NCBI GenBank assembly: GCA_043228905.1 | Contig: JBHGNT010001284.1 | Location: 1-10,316, forward strand | DNA: 10,316 nt | Direction of reading: 5' to 3' | Origin: Azolla caroliniana | Lineage: Eukaryota; Plantae; Polypodiophyta | Shown here: piece by piece, positions 8,886-10,316 of the stretch | How the letters are laid out: each line of letters opens with the position of its first letter | Position numbering within the stretch: the stretch's first letter is position 1 | The notes under the pieces: generated by a model | Seen by the model: only the letters and a program-made list of their open reading frames with translations | What the model was told of the DNA's origin: nothing | The model's database searches: none | Translations under genes and position numbers: made by a program

Positions 8886-8994
8886 TGTGGGGGGGGTGGG
8901 GGGGTTTCCACTCAAGTGGAACCAACAATTAAAAGGCAATAAGTAAAAAGGTTGCGGCTATTTGTGGAATTGTTGCACTACCTTTTACTTATTG
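8886..8994 (+). repeat. 5' remnant of the Copia 3' LTR
   Basis: Starts TGT after the PPT and contains two inverted repeats; sequence character changes at ~8995. Confidence 0.55.
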
Positions 8995-9381
8995 TTCATA
9001 TGCGGTTTAATAGGTTCAGTTCAGGTTCAGGTTTTTTTAACAGTTCGGTTCGGTTTCAAACATTAGAAACCACGGTTTAAATGGTTTAATGGTTTTTTTT
9101 TAATTGGTTTTAAACAATCTTTTCATTGTTAGACCTTATTTTCACATTTTAGAAACATCTTTAAATTTTAAAAAATTTAAAATAATGAAATGTTTAAAAT
9201 TTTAAATTTTAAATTTTGACACAAGTTGAAAACCAAAACCGAACCACGAACTGTAGTTTTAATGGTTTGAAACTTTTTTACCAATTCGGTTTAACGATTT
9301 CTTGGTTTGATTCGGTTTGGTTCAAGTTTCAAAATTTTTAAACAGTTCGGTTTTGACCCTCTCGAATAGAACCGAACTGTT
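8995..9381. mobile_element. Degenerate non-autonomous DNA transposon/MITE-like segment (hAT-like subterminal motifs)
   Basis: Many GGTTC/CGGTT/AACCG motifs at both ends around an AT-only core; TTTTGACCCT at 9351-9360 resembles a hAT-MITE terminus. No clear TIR pair or TSD found. Confidence 0.5.
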
Positions 9382-9467
9382 GCTGATTGTTATATGCCAT
9401 TACGGAGGGGTAGAGTAAGCAAACAGAAGAAACAAAAACCCTTTTCTCTTTTTCGCTCAGAAAAATC

Positions 9468-9521
9468 AAAAAATTTGACAGAGTGAAAACAACATGAATA
9501 AAAAATTTGATAGAGGGAAAA
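9468..9521. repeat. Imperfect direct repeat, 22 bp x2, 32-bp period
   Basis: aaaaaatttgacagagtgaaaa (9468-9489) vs aaaaaatttgatagagggaaaa (9500-9521), 20/22 identical. Confidence 0.7.
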
Positions 9522-9523
9522 AT

Positions 9524-9542
9524 AGAGAGGGAGAGAGAGAGA
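9524..9542. repeat. (GA)n/(CT)n tract
   Basis: agagagggagagagagaga read directly. Confidence 0.8.
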
Positions 9543-10316
9543 TCAAAAAGGGCACACGGGATAGAAGTGAAGGAAGCTTGAGACACTACTGATTTCAACG
9601 AGCACCATAGCCCACTTCTATTATATGTGCAAGAGTTCTTTTCTCCATCAATTTCACGCACTACTCACATATAAGCAAATCTTCCTGCCTTCCTCTTAGA
9701 GCTACATCATGGTAGAAGCAAGACAGCAAGAAAAAGGTATTGACAGTGGTCTGTTTTGATGTAATTGGAAGACCTGCCCCAAACATCCACCAATGCCGAT
9801 ATCCTTTGCTTCTAGATGTATGGTGAAATTGTTTTCAGTTGAAACCAAGTTTGTTGTAAAGTGAAAAAAAATTGTATCTTCACATTTTCAATCATTTTGT
9901 AAGACTAGCATGCCCTAAATGCAATAGGGTTTTCTTTGTAATTTCATTCCCATATATAATGTACAGAAATTAAGGGAAAATGAAACAATTTCATTTCGTT
10001 GTGTGCGTTTGTCAATTAGTTTTTTGACAGCCTTTTTCCCAAACACTTGGAACCATGTACCATATAGAATCATTCTTGCACAGATGTTACAGATGTCATG
10101 TTGCAACAAGCAGACAATAGATTTCTTTGCACATCGTATGTGCTTTGATTATTGAAATTCAATTATCAATTGTCAAAGATCAACGATAGACCATTCTGTC
10201 CCCCAACCCACCTTTCTAAACAGTTGCATGCCCCAACCTTTTCAAAAAAAAAATTGAAGGCATAATTTCAAGGTCTCGTCACTTCGGTGAATCACTTGAG
10301 CCCCGAGACATTTCGT

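Larger units (their letters stand above)
7212..8994 (+). mobile_element. Ty1/Copia retrotransposon remnant, Tnt1/Tork-like (3' half)
   Basis: Post-integrase linker followed by RT, RNase H, PPT and the start of an LTR; AT-rich and CpG-poor by eye. The right boundary is approximate. Confidence 0.9.

Noticed and set aside
9001-9381. CRISPR array or telomeric repeat
   Set aside because: Motifs are 5-12 bp, irregularly spaced, in both orientations, and are not TTTAGGG; the context is eukaryotic.
9338-10109. Minus-strand ORFs 9338-9661 and 9915-10109 as full protein-coding genes
   Set aside because: Short, low-complexity translations crossing microsatellite and AT-rich sequence, with no recognisable motif.
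10191-10204. CATTCTGTCC resemblance to plant miR394
   Set aside because: Only about 10 nt match and no complementary arm for a precursor hairpin was found.

Overview
Plant-type eukaryotic DNA, almost all nested transposable elements. 1-7211 (+) is the 3' part of a decayed non-chromovirus Ty3/Gypsy LTR retrotransposon: protease-RT-RNase H-integrase (about 8 stops, 4 frameshifts), a 340-bp spacer, then a large extra ORF and a ~450-480 bp 3' LTR. The ORF track splits the extra ORF into five pieces, but it is one ~908-codon frame (3991-6717) with six point-mutation stops. It has a globular N-terminus, an NLS-like motif, a long coiled coil, an acidic Pro/Thr tail and no obvious transmembrane segment. 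The Gypsy LTR directly abuts the integrase-RT linker of an older, AT-rich Tnt1/Tork-like Ty1/Copia remnant (7212-~8994), which indicates a nested insertion. The Copia 3' LTR appears truncated by a GGTTC/GAACC-rich MITE-like segment (~8995-9381). 9382-10316 is unassigned AT-rich DNA with weak promoter/5'UTR-like signals. No intact host gene is supported. The best candidate for something undescribed is the extra ORF and its likely expression signals.
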